Source: Phoronis australis
Lineage: Eukaryota; Animalia; Phoronida
Direction of reading: 5' to 3'
DNA: 64,000 bases
Assembly: GCA_002633005.1 (NCBI GenBank)
Contig: NMRA01000066.1
Span: 651,199-715,198 of the forward strand
The position numbers and the translations under genes are program-made. Below, in pieces: positions 48,011 to 61,320 of the stretch. Each line of letters begins with the position of its first letter. The first letter of the stretch is position 1. Under the pieces are notes generated by a model, which ran no database searches, had not been told where the DNA came from, and worked only from the letters and a program-made list of their open reading frames with translations.

Positions 48011-51000
48011 GCTTCTGATCGTCACCAATACACTACATATAATACTACAAGGTATGACACTCCTGACTAGAAATTCCACGGGTGCTTCACTTCAGCCGTC
48101 CACAGCAAATATAAAACTCAATAAATTTACACAAAACAGAGGTTCAACAAACCATGATAAATTGTTCTTTCTCCCAATACCATTCATGGTGTCCTGTTCC
48201 GGCGACTTCGTAAGAAATTCGCAGTCAAATAACAAAAATGTTCACAAAAAGCCCCCACACACTTTCATTGTGGGCCGCTCGAGGTCAAGGACTGTACGGA
48301 AATTGCCGGTTTGTCATGTAAAATCACGATGTCGATAACTCTACACTTAGCCGCCAGTAGAAAAACTATTGAGTACTTCCGTAACTCACCGGCAATTTCC
48401 GTACCGTATTTATCCCACACGCGTCAAAATTCCTAAGTTTCTTTCATTTTTTCCGCAGATTTTTTAAATACTTCACAAACTGTTCACGAGGCGGATCACA
48501 TCCTATATGTGTGTACTTGCGCGTTAGGCTGCACGTTTTCTTTAGTAAAAGAAACGGTTTTAAATGTGACGATTTATTACTTGAAGAGATAACAAAGATG
48601 AAAGCAAGGGTTACATTTCATTGAACTTGTAACATCTCCTGAAAATAGTTAAATAACAACAATATTTTGATATTGTAGTTACCGAGGAATCGGCGCCTGA
48701 GTTGCAGACGATAAAATATTTAGCGAATGAAAACTGAGACAGATCTGTCATAGAATTAACAGTCCTGTTACGGTTAAGCCATGATTGTATGTTGAGCGTT
48801 ATTTACACTGCTATAATTTTATTACTTTAAACTATTTTCCGAAAGTTTGGTGATCGAACCGGCTAACGACGTCGAGACGACACAGACCTACCTTTTGAAC
48901 TTTCCATGTCACAGGTCACTGTTGAAGTAGTGCGGGAGGTGAATACGGAAGACTTTATTACATGGCCGTATTTCGTTCGACAGATTGAACACGTATGGGA
49001 TAAAAACTAGGGAGTACGATACCCGTCATATGAATATGCTTGCAAACTAAACGACACATTTAATAATCAAAAGTACACGGGAACGTAATTTGAGAAATAG
49101 CAAAGGTCATTCATGAATAAATGAATCCCAAATGAGTCAACGTTTGGTGTAATGAAAGTTTCTCTATAGTGTATTGTCTCATGACCTGGAATTAACAGTT
49201 ATTAAACTTTAGCAGTCCGTCAATTGTAGCAAATAATGAGATTGATGGCACTCTGACATAAATCCTATTATTTGGGGAAATACAATTATACAGCCCTTCA
49301 TCCTTCATTTCCAACTCCTAGTTAGTTCTTACCAAGCCCGATGGGAGCGCTGCTTGTTCTTTCCCTCCAGCTTCATGTTGGCCCAGCCTCAAGCAACAGT
49401 ACATTCACTCGTAAGTTTTCGTAATTAGACAATTTTATACCTCTCCCACCCTCCCTACCCAGGGTCCCGCAAAATCTCAAATCAACCGATTTATACCTTT
49501 CCCGCGCTCTCTCCCTTTTGTCGAACAAAATCTGCTGTTGGTTATTGTCGTTTTTACTGTCACTGCTGGTACCTCCTTCAAAGCAGGAGTGTGTTACCGT
49601 CCAGCAATAACCGACGTCATTGGCTAGCGACCCGACCTGTACTCTAGCGTCCATCCCTGCAGTTTGCTTCTCTCCACCCCGGTCACAGCTCTCGGCACAT
49701 ACTGAGCTACAACACCACGTTCCTTACAATATCTATTTTTATCACTCCGGCTGGTCTGCTCACTCAGCTTGTCCGGAACCTGCTTCGCAGGTTGTTATAG
49801 CCCAGTTGGCTCTTTGGTGTACCCACTTGGTACTTTATATGATATTTGCCCATTTGGCAGTTTGTACCCGTTATTGAATTTGCCATTTTGCTCGATCCAC
49901 TTGGTAGGCAATCGGCCAATACCCATTTGGTATTATGTACCCATTTGGTACTATGCTAAACTGTGCCACTTACATGTAGTATCCGATACTCAATTACACA
50001 TTGGGTATCGTAAATGTGTGTGTTATCTCTTATAATTAAGGAACCCATCTGGTTCCTTCCGTGAGATATTTACTTGTAGAGCTGTGACCCTGAAATTTCC
50101 AATACAGCTTGAAATATATATTATTCTTATTATTTTATTTGTCCCCAATAATTGTAAAGTGAACGAAGGACAGGTGTCATTGCAGAACGTCTCTTGTTGT
50201 GCGCTGTCTAGTAATCTAAACTAGTCAGGAGCTTGATAGAAACAAAGCTGGTCTCACATATTCACAAAGTGGGCATTTATTTCGTGCTTTAAAACATGAA
50301 TGTTAATAAATTCTACAGTTGGTGTACATTTTCCTCTCCAAGTCGCGTTCATGGTTTACACCATCAAAGATCAGCTTTGACTGATAAGAGGCACTCCTTC
50401 CAAAAATTAAGTCGGTTTGGAACTCCTCTTCAACTTGCCGATGCAATGGTTAAACAGATCTGCCTAAGAAGGAAAATTATTCACAATACTGAGTGGATAA
50501 GGTAATCGAAACCCGCGTTTGTCACCAGTAAACACATATGGAAAACTTTGTTTCCACCAGGAGGTGTTCAGAAATAAAGGTGCTTCTTTTTGACAACTGA
50601 AATACATTGAAAGCGGAAAGCAGTTGACAAATATGAGGTCGTTCCTGTAATAAAGTGCTGTAGGCATATGTAAATCAGACCCTGTTTTTAATAAATGCCA
50701 TGACCGGTCGAGACTGCACATTTCACTGGCTTTTTGATAGACAACATTTGCGATGGTGTTAAGAAATGACGCAGATAAAAGTACGATCTCTATGTCTCTG
50801 GTGGCATTATTTTGGGTAAATCTAAGTATTTGCTGTCGCGACAGTTTTTATGACAGTGTAATGATGACCACGCTATAAACACGCCACATCAAATCTGCAT
50901 GTCAAAACCGCTACCTACATGTACTCGCACATGTAGTATGGCAGTAATGAAATTATTTACTAGCTGTAACTACAAGTCTGTAAAAGGAAATTAGTGATTG

Positions 51001-53029
51001 TAAAAACAAAAAAGTTCTACGTCGTCAAAATCGATGGTAACCCCTCTCAAGCTCCTTTTCCCTAGCTTTACATAGTCGCAAATTCCGGTCGTTGGCGATT
51101 TACCCCGCGCCACGATAACCCAAGCCACTCTAACCCTGTAAATTAGTGGGAGTCACCGTTTACCGTGTTCTTACGGTCATGCGGTGAGACCAACTTAAAA
51201 ATTAATTTTATTCCAAAACAGATTTCCCTTTAGTTATCAGTCACCTGAATTTGTAATGTTCGAATTTCCCTGATACTCTCCACATATCCCCATGCATTCA
51301 AGCGAGGCACGTGATCACATTAGCATTACGCGTGTCCCGCACCTACAGAAAGTTCCGTACACCTGGTAGAGCTCAGTGGCTCTCAGGCAAATGTGAAAAT
51401 CTAGCGGAAATCACGTGTTCACATTTAAAATACATGTACGCGGTAATATCAGAGGTAATCTCACAAACTCTTGCTTTTTAGCGGGGTCCTAGCAAGGTCT
51501 TATTGTTATTGAACTCTTCCCTGGCTGTTCCTTGACGCCACGTGCAATACGTTATTCCACCAAACGACGGTGGCGTTCGAAGCAGTTGCTGCAACCTTTG
51601 CGTAACGTTTTCGCAGCCTTTCTCTCATCATTGTAAACAATTAGTTCTTGGATCAGTATTTAACTAACCTTGGATTGTTGGAATCATTATACAAGTACTG
51701 TAAAATTTTAAATGGATTAAGATAGAAAAAGATGCTTAATACATATTTTCCTTGGTTTGACTCTGTCGAACGGGTTTTATTCAATGATGTGCATCCGTTG
51801 TAAGACTTAATTCTAATTTCAAGCATGGAATTGCTCACTAACTGTTACATAAGAAACATTTTCAGTGTTTGCTTGAGTGTAAAAGACACTGAGCGCAGCA
51901 ACTCGTTCTGTGAAACAATTTTACACAGCGGGACGTCCCACCTATTGGATGGTAAAATTTAAGCTTCATATATGTACTAATGTTAGTAATGCATCTTCAA
52001 ATTCTGTTTTAAATTGAAAGCATCTGCCTACGTTTTGTTAAATTAATAAATTAATTGATTTTAACATATCAGATAAGTTAGCATGTCCGCCTTAGCTATG
52101 CAACACATCGGTTGTATTTAGTATTGCAAACACGATTCTTTATTCTTTACAAATTTTATGATCTTGCTATTTAGCGTTGTATGAAAATTTAGAACTAATA
52201 AAGTGTGTGCCATCTTCGTGTGGGATGCTTTCTATATTGTTTTTTCAGCATAATGGTTGCGACTCGAGAAAACTGATTCGATACCTTGCTGTGCAAAGCT
52301 TGTACAGTGAATCTCATGGCGTACAGTACATTGAACAGATACATCACGATTGCAAGAGAATAAAAAGCACACGGAACAAAGTACATGCAGTAAAGGAAAA
52401 ATGACTTTAGAGGAATTCACTCTTTCAGGCTCAGCGTGTTCCATTGGTACGTTACATAGAATTGTAGTTGTGACCTTTGTTTAGAAAGCATTTACTGGCG
52501 CTAGGCTGTAGCTGTGATGCAGAATTTAAACGTCGAAAAATATTGATTCGGAACTATCACTATATTTTACGAAAACATCGGAAGTAAAACGCCACTCATG
52601 TGCCGTATTGGGACTACACTGGTAAGATTTTGCTGGTGCCTATTTTTAGCTGGTTTTGCAACTTCCTTCTGTTCTATGGGCGCAATTTGTTTGCTTATCC
52701 TGTCCACATATTGCTTATATGCAAATTTACGAATATTATTAATTGCACAATCCTATCAAACTCGTTTTCCTCAAGAAACATTGCTTGAATTAATAAAAAG
52801 TCGCATCACAATATGGACAAATTTGCGATACCAATTGCGTTGTGAAAATGACCTTAATGCTTTGATTTTGGTACACTGACTTGTAGTTTTATATTTCTTC
52901 TATAGATAGTTGTTATTGTTCCTATTACATGTTTTACGATACAGATTTTGTCTATGAAATATATAGTATATTTTGTCCGTGAGAAGAATAGTGGGATCTA
53001 AAACCTGTACAAAATTGCTTAAATGTAAG

Positions 53030-53820
53030 CCAGGCGATTTGAGAACTTGGGACAGAGGTGCTTAAATTTAAGCGAGATTTATTTAACACTTGTGCTTAAT
53101 TTTAAGCCAGAGTAGGAGATGTAGATTCCAGAACTTGTACAGCTATTCTTAACTTTAAGCGGGATTTATGTTACACTTGCCCTTAATTTTAAGCCAGACT
53201 AGGAGATGCCCGGCGATTCCAGAACTTGTACAGCTATTCTTAACTTTAAGCGGGATTTATGTTACACTTGCCCTTAATTTTAAGCCAGACTAGGAGATGC
53301 CCGGCGATTCCAGAACTGTTACAGCTATTCTTAACTTTAAGCGGGATTTATGTTACACTTGCCCTTAATTTTAAGCCAGACTAGGAGATGCCCGGCGATT
53401 CCAGAACTGTTACAGCTATTCTTAAATTTAAGCACGATTTGTTACTTACACTTGTGCTTAATTTTATGGTTGAGTGGGAGATGGCGGTTTTAAAACTTGT
53501 ACAGCTATTCTTAATTTCAAGCGGGATTTATGTTACTTACACTTGTGCTTAATTTTAAGCCAGAGTAGGAGATAGCAATTTTGAAACTTGTACAGATATT
53601 CTCAAATTTAAGCGGGATTTATGTTACACTTGTGCTTAATTTTAAGCCAAAGTAGGAGATGTTGATTCCGGAATTTGTACAGATATGCTTAAATTCAAGC
53701 GGGGTTTATGATACTTACATGTACACTAACCTTGTGCTTAATTTTAGACTCGAGTATTAGATGATGCTTTTAAAGCTTGAACAGATATTCTTAAATTTAA
53801 GCGGTATTTATGTTACTTGT
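53030..53820. repeat. Minisatellite, ~91-bp unit, ~8-9 copies
   Basis: Unit ...cttaactttaagcgggatttatgttacacttgcccttaattttaagccagactaggagatgcccggcgattccagaacttgtacagctatt; central three units near-identical. Confidence 0.9.
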
Positions 53821-55696
53821 TTCATTATTTATCAAAATCTGCCTATAAAATCGTGACTTTGGACCAAAATAAAAAAGTTTGAATTTTCAGTGGATTCGGT
53901 TTTCAAATGTTTATGTATCTACGAAAATGATAGCTGATTTTCTGACAGAAGCTAATCCTGTAAGAAATAATGATGCATAACTGAACTTATTTGCAAGTTG
54001 ACATTCGGAAAATTCGATCCATCATCAGATCCCCAAATACAGAAGTACACTAAGGGTATCAACAGTAAAATGTTAAAAGACAAAAATTGATGGTGGTATT
54101 TACTCATACTTCTATGCAAACGTGTCCTTTTGCTATGAGCTATGTCAATATGGTTATACCCTAGCAACAAAACTGGTGAAAAACATTATTGCTGCATGGT
54201 CGTGAGTAGTATTACACAGAAACCTTAACACACATTTGCGTCAGGAGCAACATTTTAGTTCTTTGCCAATTAACCAGACAGCATACCTGCTGCCGCCATT
54301 TTGCCACAGGTCAAATATTTCACTTGAGGCTCGGTTACGTTTCGTCCTCAGAATCCATCATTTGGGGGAATCGTGGTGATGTTATATCCATAACCGATGC
54401 GGAATTTGCATATCTCTTCCATGTCCTTCCCATAACAACAAAACCGCTTTTACATGTGCATTCAGTGATCAACAAACGAGCACACCCACGTTATCCGAGA
54501 ATTAAGTACATACTTCTCACCCAGAAAAAGACTATTTTCACAAAGCGAGAGAACGTGCGGGACCCTTTCAATGTACACCGGAAAAATGGTCCACTATGAA
54601 GTATTTAGCGATGAGAATTACTGAAGCATTCTTCTGTTTCATCATCAACTACTTTTCCCTGTGTCGGGATTACCTTGCATTTATTGAACACAGACTATCA
54701 TGAAGAGTGACAACGTTCGAGAAGACCATGCCAGAGGAGGACTTTTTCACCACCCGTTACACGTAAATGCTCGTTTGCAAACATTTTGCTCAGAACACCA
54801 CTTAAATGCAATGACCGGTTAGTGTTAGTTGTCTTACTATAATTTCAGTGCATGACAAATAGCTGCGACCAACACCCTTCACAATACGCTGCTCCATCCT
54901 TATTCTTCCTCAATACAGTGGACGTTTTGATGTCCTATATATCTTCTCGCGTTCACGTAATATGGTGCGTAAAGTCTAATTTCCCCTTGAACGTACTTAA
55001 CATAGAGTGGTGATAAAATCCTGCTTCCGTATATTGCTAGAGCATTGTCCGGACTGTGAAAACACTATAATAATCCAAAATCGGAAAATCCATCAGAAGA
55101 AGGCTTTAATGATGTCGTGAAGGAGTGATTAGTCAATCGACAAACTTGCACACACTTGTATTTGTATTCTAAGATAATAAATCAACAAGACATGCATAGA
55201 AAGCGTGTATTTCAAGTCAAGAATTGCTGCTACTGTATTAACACGTCTGACCTCCATTTAAAAAAACTTTTGGCTAAAATCAACCATAGTTAAGAAATTG
55301 GAGATTAGAATCGAACTCAGGTCTAATTGAGAAGAACTCACAGTTTAATATTGTTTTAGACCATTGCCAGTAAGTTGCTTTGTCACATTTCGTGCATCAT
55401 ATTGAACTATAACGCATTACATCACTGAGTTCTTTGAAAGCCGAGATATCTATGTTACTTGAGTTTGGAACAAGTCGAAAATCAGTTTTATACCTGTCCA
55501 GGCTCCAAATGAAAAATTATATTTAGCGACGGAAGAAGAGTCTCATAGCATCTTTTTATGATTAGTTAAGTGAGTTAACTACAGTATGAATATCAATAGT
55601 CGTGCGCATGATGAAGTCTTCTGACGAATTTGCAAGCAGATATACTTATGTTTCGAGTCGGTCGGAGTGTCCATAAAAGTCATCGGGTGCTACTGG

Positions 55697-55893
55697 TCAG
55701 TTTCCATGGCTTCCACACTTCCGGCAAAGACATGTAGGGCAGCCGTTTTTGTCATAGATCCTGCCGCATGCACATCTGTTCTTACACAGAGGGGGGCACG
55801 TTGGACACGGTTTGCACTTGCAGATGGGACAACCCTCAACCATGACGTTACCGCATGGACAGAATATCTTGCAGACGGGAGGACATTGTTTGA
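55697..55893 (-). CDS. Copy 3 exon 4 (two antistasin-like modules)
   Basis: KQCPPVCKIFCPCGNVMVEGCPICKCKPCPTCPPLCKNRCACGRIYDKNGCPTCLCRKCGSHGN*. Confidence 0.9.
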
Positions 55894-58800
55894 CTGGAAC
55901 TTAAAGCAAAGAAAAATTGGAACAAGCTGAAGCTTATGGATCCAGAAGTCATCACTTCCTGTTATCAACGTAAGTTGGCCTCAGCACGGTTGTTGTTCAT
56001 ATAGCAATTCACTGGTAATGGTAATTAGGCCTTTTAAATATCAAAATCTATCGTACATGTATAGCCATTGTAGTTACCGACAATCAGGCTCTAAATGACG
56101 TCATTTATGATCAATCGAATATTGACAATCTTCCCTTACCCAACGAACTCACAACGACATCACAACATGCATTGCTCGTGATTGGGATTTTTCAACGCTT
56201 GGTCGTCGCTCTAACGGTCACCAAACAACCCTCCATCACGTTTTATATCCCACTACGCCCGAACTTCAGAATTGACGTCATTATTAACTAGAACCTCAGA
56301 GTTTAAACTTACACCAATTGTCGATTGTCAATATCACCATGATGCGACAGAAGTAGCAGTTCTCATGCGAGAAATCTTTTTAACCAGTTGTATCATACAA
56401 CTTTTGACGAATGCTTTGTAATTAGTTATCAATCAAAACTGAATTTCATAATCTTTACGGGAAAATACAACATAGATACTTGTGGCCAATTTCTGAAATT
56501 CATTTAGCGCTTCCTTGTGCTGCGAAATTGCACCTTTGAGATTTGTAAACGCGAATTGCCAATTTTTTAAACTAATTTTGTCCTTGTTGATCATTTTGTG
56601 GCATCGACTTTTTTGTTCTCTTTGATGCTTTGGCATTTAAGTCTACAGACAAACGCCCTAAGGACCCTCCGAGAAGTGGGGCGGAAGTTGGATCCAAACA
56701 GACGGATGTAATGGACCAACACGGATCAATGAGATCGATTATAGCAACACAACAGCGCACATGTAGCAAGACACAGAAGAATACATCAAAGCAGAATGAA
56801 GTGTCTTTCGAAGATGGCAAGGCAGCGCTTGGATGCAATGTCAAGTGAGACAGCAGGTGAGCTGAGTCAGGACACTAACCACAGCACCAATTTATGCAAC
56901 CAATGGGGATGCAAGCCTTCCCAAAGAGAGGCCACCCACCTGAAGAAGGAAAAATGCAATCAAAACATAAATCAATTTAGGGACATGCTGTATACTATTG
57001 ATACAGTAGCGTAGCGTTCCCATTTCGAAGACTTCTACCGATCGTCTTAAGCCGAAGTGCTGGCGTTTGGGCCTTGGCGGAAAATGCTGTCACGTGTTCT
57101 GTAACGCATTTTCTTTGGTTGTTGATGTAATACACTAGTTCACACATATGATAGGTTTTGTGAGCACCCCCGCAACCAAAATGTCGGAAGGCTGATAAAA
57201 GTTTTCGACCCCAACTCTTCCGGATAGTAAGGACTATCAATTAATTATTCAAAGTTTGGACACGCAAACTTGTTTTAAAATAAAACTGAAAATAGAACAC
57301 TCACGCCCCACCATCAAATTCTTTCTACGCCTATGTAAAATTGAATGTGAAATTAATTTTTTCGAAAGACAAAAAGATCTGTTGACAATGTTTGCATTAT
57401 GAATAATAAAAATTTGGAGCATTTCACTAAAATCTTTCACGCCTATTTCAGAAAAGATTTTCGGATTGTGATTAATGTTTTTCTATACCGTAAGTGATTT
57501 AGATAGTTATGCTTTTGTTAATTAATGAAACTTCATAATCTCGGTTTACTATTTTAACGCTACTAAGTCTGCAGTTTATGATAAAAACTATGTCGTTTTG
57601 GTCGTCTGACTATCTCAACCAAACAAAACACAATTTGAACGCAGTGTGCAAGAGAATCTTTTGAACACCGAAATGTTTCCCAGCAACTTTCACCAACACG
57701 AAAATTGAGACAATCCACAGAGTGTTGAATTCTTTTATTTTCTTTAGTTTTGGTAGGGACAGGGGTGCTTGCTCATCTCAAACTAAAACAAACCAATTTA
57801 ACTGCGGTAAACTTGGTTAATAGAGTCCAGGTCTTTGTAAATAGATGTCTGCGACAAATCCTGAAGATTAAATGGTCGGATAGAATCACAAATAAGGAGA
57901 TTTGGCGAAAAACTCGGCACGAGAGGGTAGAGGCTCACATAAAGCGGCGAAAATGGAGGAGGGTGGGACACACCCTCAGAAAAGCTGACGAAAGCATCAC
58001 AAAACAAGACCTGTACTGGAACCTGCAGGGAAGTCGTCGACGAGGCAGACCAGTCTAAACGTGGAGGAGGACAATGGAAGCCGAACTCCGTGAGACCGAA
58101 TACAACATGCAGCAAATAAAACAGATGGCGAACAACAGGATTCGATGGCGTTCGGTCACACGCGCCCTATCCACCACGAGGTGGCAAGCGTTTTAACTCA
58201 AGGTAAGTGAAACTTTCATATCGAAGCAGTAAGTGAATTTAAATATTAAAAAATGTTACACTATAAATAAAATCCAACATCTTAATTTTTAAAGACAGCA
58301 CTGCAAGTGGCGTTAAACGGAGGGGGGGATTGATGTAACTTACCACACATACATGCTCTTCTCCGGGCAAAGAACCAGATCGTCTGTCTACGGTGTGGAG
58401 TCCCACGTCGGCATCTGCCTTGGGCAAGAAAGGTGACGTCGAGCGTTTGACATTTTCCCCGAGGATGGAAGTTGCACACAGCACTGTAGAATGGTCAAAA
58501 CATTACCTGGGACACGATTACATTATTTTTTCAATGTTAAGGTGCAGGGTAAGAACATTTGACCTTTTGATACAGACCAACATCTTGTTTTTTGTGTCTA
58601 CGGAGTTTTTTAGTTGACTGTGGGCAATAACATTCATGGGGCTGAGATTTCAGAAAATTAAATGAGATGTCCTTCCGATTTTTGATTTTTTAGTTCAAAT
58701 TCAAGATTGGGGAGGGACAGCGAAAGGCAGAGAGAGAGAGGGGAGGGGCGGGGGGGTTGTGGGGATGCAGGGGTTGTAGACGTGGGGGAGAGGAAGCGGG

Positions 58801-61255
58801 AAACTTCTTGTTAGTTTACATCTGCTACAATCTCTAAACGTCATGACTAGATCCCTCCAATATTATGCCATTAAGTTATTGAATGCCTTTCCGGATAAAG
58901 TCAAAGATGCTAAAACATTGGCTGCACTAAATTGACTTTCCGGACCCACCTGCCATCTGGCTAAGACATCTGATGGACGGTGTTTTTGCCTGTTGAGCCA
59001 GCACAACAAGAAAAATCCATCAAGTGTACCTAGTGTGTATATCCCAATGAACTGGCGTTTTCAACTGAAAGCCACGTCGTGTGCGTCCATGAAAAAATAC
59101 ACAGAATGTGCTGACCGAGTACGAGTGTGCTTGGATGTGGCGGAATTATTTTACAAGGAATGTATCAAGTTAGGCTCAAATCTTTAGGCACTAACGGCCA
59201 GCTTTACAGTTCACAGTGTGTTACAAAATGTTCTCCCACTAGCAAAAGATCGATCACTCCTATGATTTTCATGGGTAGCGAAAATCTGTGAAAAGTTTGC
59301 GACTGCGACTATTCTTACACAATTGTGTGGACCAGACTTAAAAATAAATTGCGACTGATTTATTCATTTCTATATTCCTAGTAATTTATGACGATTACTA
59401 TATGACAACATTAAAAACCAACACGTGTGCAAAATTCTTGGTGAGTTTTTGTTTGTAAGTAATGACGCGATTGAGTCGCAAAACGATGCGTGGGCACGCC
59501 AGAACCAAGTACTCCATTTTGACCTTAACAGAGAATTTCTATCCAGGTTTATTTCCTGTACTTGAATGTGAGGAAGCAAATGTGTGTTTTTTTCTTTTTC
59601 TCCGCTCATGAGCCATTCCAGTGGAGCAAGTTGAGGTCCATGATTTCAAATAAATGTCGAGAGCCGAATGGTAACTGTCATTGCACTGTCATGCCACTTA
59701 TTGCGTACTGTAGGTCCGATAAATGTGTTTCATATAATGTACCTTATGATAACTGTGGGTTTTCTCATCGAGAGATTGGCATGAGCTGTCTTACTACATC
59801 TCCTGTAGCGCTTTTCATTTTCCCATCTTACCAGAGATTAGTATTTTTTTACCCTACTTATGTTTAGTCACTACCTAATACTTGTAATTGTATTAATTCG
59901 GGAAATATGTCGATCATAAATGAGCTTACGACAAGCCTTGAAACATAGGTGTAATGAGTTATAGTCATTCTATTCGTGTTCTAAATAAGAATGACCACTC
60001 ACTTACGTTTCCGGACGACACACTGTGTTCTTTACAGGGCTAGAGTAGTATACCCCTCTGTATGACCGTGAATAGTAAGTCCGCTTTTTACACGGACGGG
60101 CAGGGTTATGCCAATTAAATTGTCGTGTCTCAAGCTCCTCTTGTACCTCTTCCTCCATGTTTGTATCTTTAGCTGTCAAGTCGTCAGCAAACGTCTCGAT
60201 GTTTCTTATGTCGATGTCACCTAGTCCATCTTTAGCCTCATTCATGACGTCATCTGCACGGGCGCACGCGTACAGGCATACCAGGATTACGGCGAGAAAA
60301 ACCTGTAAATTCAAATATCACGCTTAGTTGCTGACACTCAGCTGTCATGTAAATCGGTCTCGTTTTAAAGCAAATTGCCAATAAAAGAAGTAAACATATC
60401 ACCCTCACATAATAAAATGAACGTGGTGTAAGTGAAATCAACGATGAAATGAACAGAGTTAGCAGATAGAAGGGCATACAAGCAGAGAGCGTCGATGTAA
60501 AAAACGGCACGAAGTCCATAGGTCTAACAGAACAGAACCATCGTTCGGTAAACGGCTTATTCAACACAGTTTTTTGTGACTTATTAATAGAGACAAAAAA
60601 ACCTTTGACAGAAATGGGTCATTTTCTGAAAGCGAGAAGTCGTGTTGATTATTGTCTGGTTCTATTTATTTTCCAGCCATGTTGGTGTAAAAATGATCTT
60701 GAATGGACCCGCCCTTCAAATGCAAGGACAACCCTCGGGAGAAAGAACATACCGCGCGTTCAGTTTAACGCTGTTCACAAGAATGAATACTAAGACTTGT
60801 GAATTCACATTAACAACACGACATTTGGCCACTGGTCGCAATCTTTACCGACATGAGTTGTTCCTTATGACAAGGTTACGAGACTTCATATTCCGATAGA
60901 AAATAATTACATTCTATCTATCACCTTGTTTGATGTTGTCTCTTGCGATCTTCTTCAGCTCACATTTTTTCTCAGATAATCATTTTATATGCTGCTGTTA
61001 TAGCACACATTCTTAATGGTGCTGTCTCTTGGTTTAATGCCAACATGGGAGTCAATCCTCCTAGGTATGAAAGTCCTGACGTGATTATCAACAAAAGAAT
61101 TAGTAAACTTTTATACGACATATGGCAAACTATGCCTATCCCCTATAAAACGAATGGGGAAAGGTGAAAAGCAATTGATAACAAAGCACAGAATATAGAT
61201 TGCACTCTAGGTTAATACACTGCGAACAAGTTGCTTTACTTACAAACTTTTTCAT
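55697..61255 (-). CDS. Copy 3: secreted cystine-knot + 2x antistasin-like precursor, 214 aa, intact and gap-free
   Basis: Exons 61255-61244 (MKKF), 60302-60007, 58483-58344, 55893-55697; canonical GTAAGT/CAG sites; 645 nt open. Confidence 0.9.
57815..58209 (+). mobile_element. 5'-truncated RTE-clade LINE in copy 3 intron 3
   Basis: QVFVNRCLRQILKIKWSDRITNKEIW...WRRVGHTLRK...WNLQGSRRRGRP*TWRR; AAACTT TSD (57809-57814 / 58210-58215); empty site in copies 1 (~27055) and 2 (~41925). Confidence 0.88.
58344..58483 (-). CDS. Copy 3 exon 3 (cystine-knot core)
   Basis: AVCNFHPRGKCQTLDVTFLAQGRCRRGTPHRRQTIWFFARRRACMC. Confidence 0.9.
60007..60302 (-). CDS. Copy 3 exon 2
   Basis: VFLAVILVCLYACARA-DDV...LETR-QFNWHNPARPC...TVCRPE; AC|GTAAGT donor. 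Confidence 0.9.
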
Positions 61256-61270
61256 CTTAACCGCACGGCA

Positions 61271-61320
61271 GAATGAGATAAAGTACAATGTATTTCCTTC
61301 ACAAACCTCTCGTTTATATG
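61271..61320 (-). promoter_or_regulatory. Putative core promoter of copy 3
   Basis: TATAAA at 61318-61313, ~60 bp upstream of the ATG; also TATAAA in copy 2 and TACAAA in copy 1; conserved TCATTC nearer the ATG. Confidence 0.4.

Noticed and set aside
49373-49440. VLLLEAG resembling a GMC oxidoreductase N-terminus
   Set aside because: No GxGxxG upstream and a stop codon two residues later
53030-53820. CRISPR-like array
   Set aside because: Whole units repeat with no unique spacers; eukaryotic context and no cas genes
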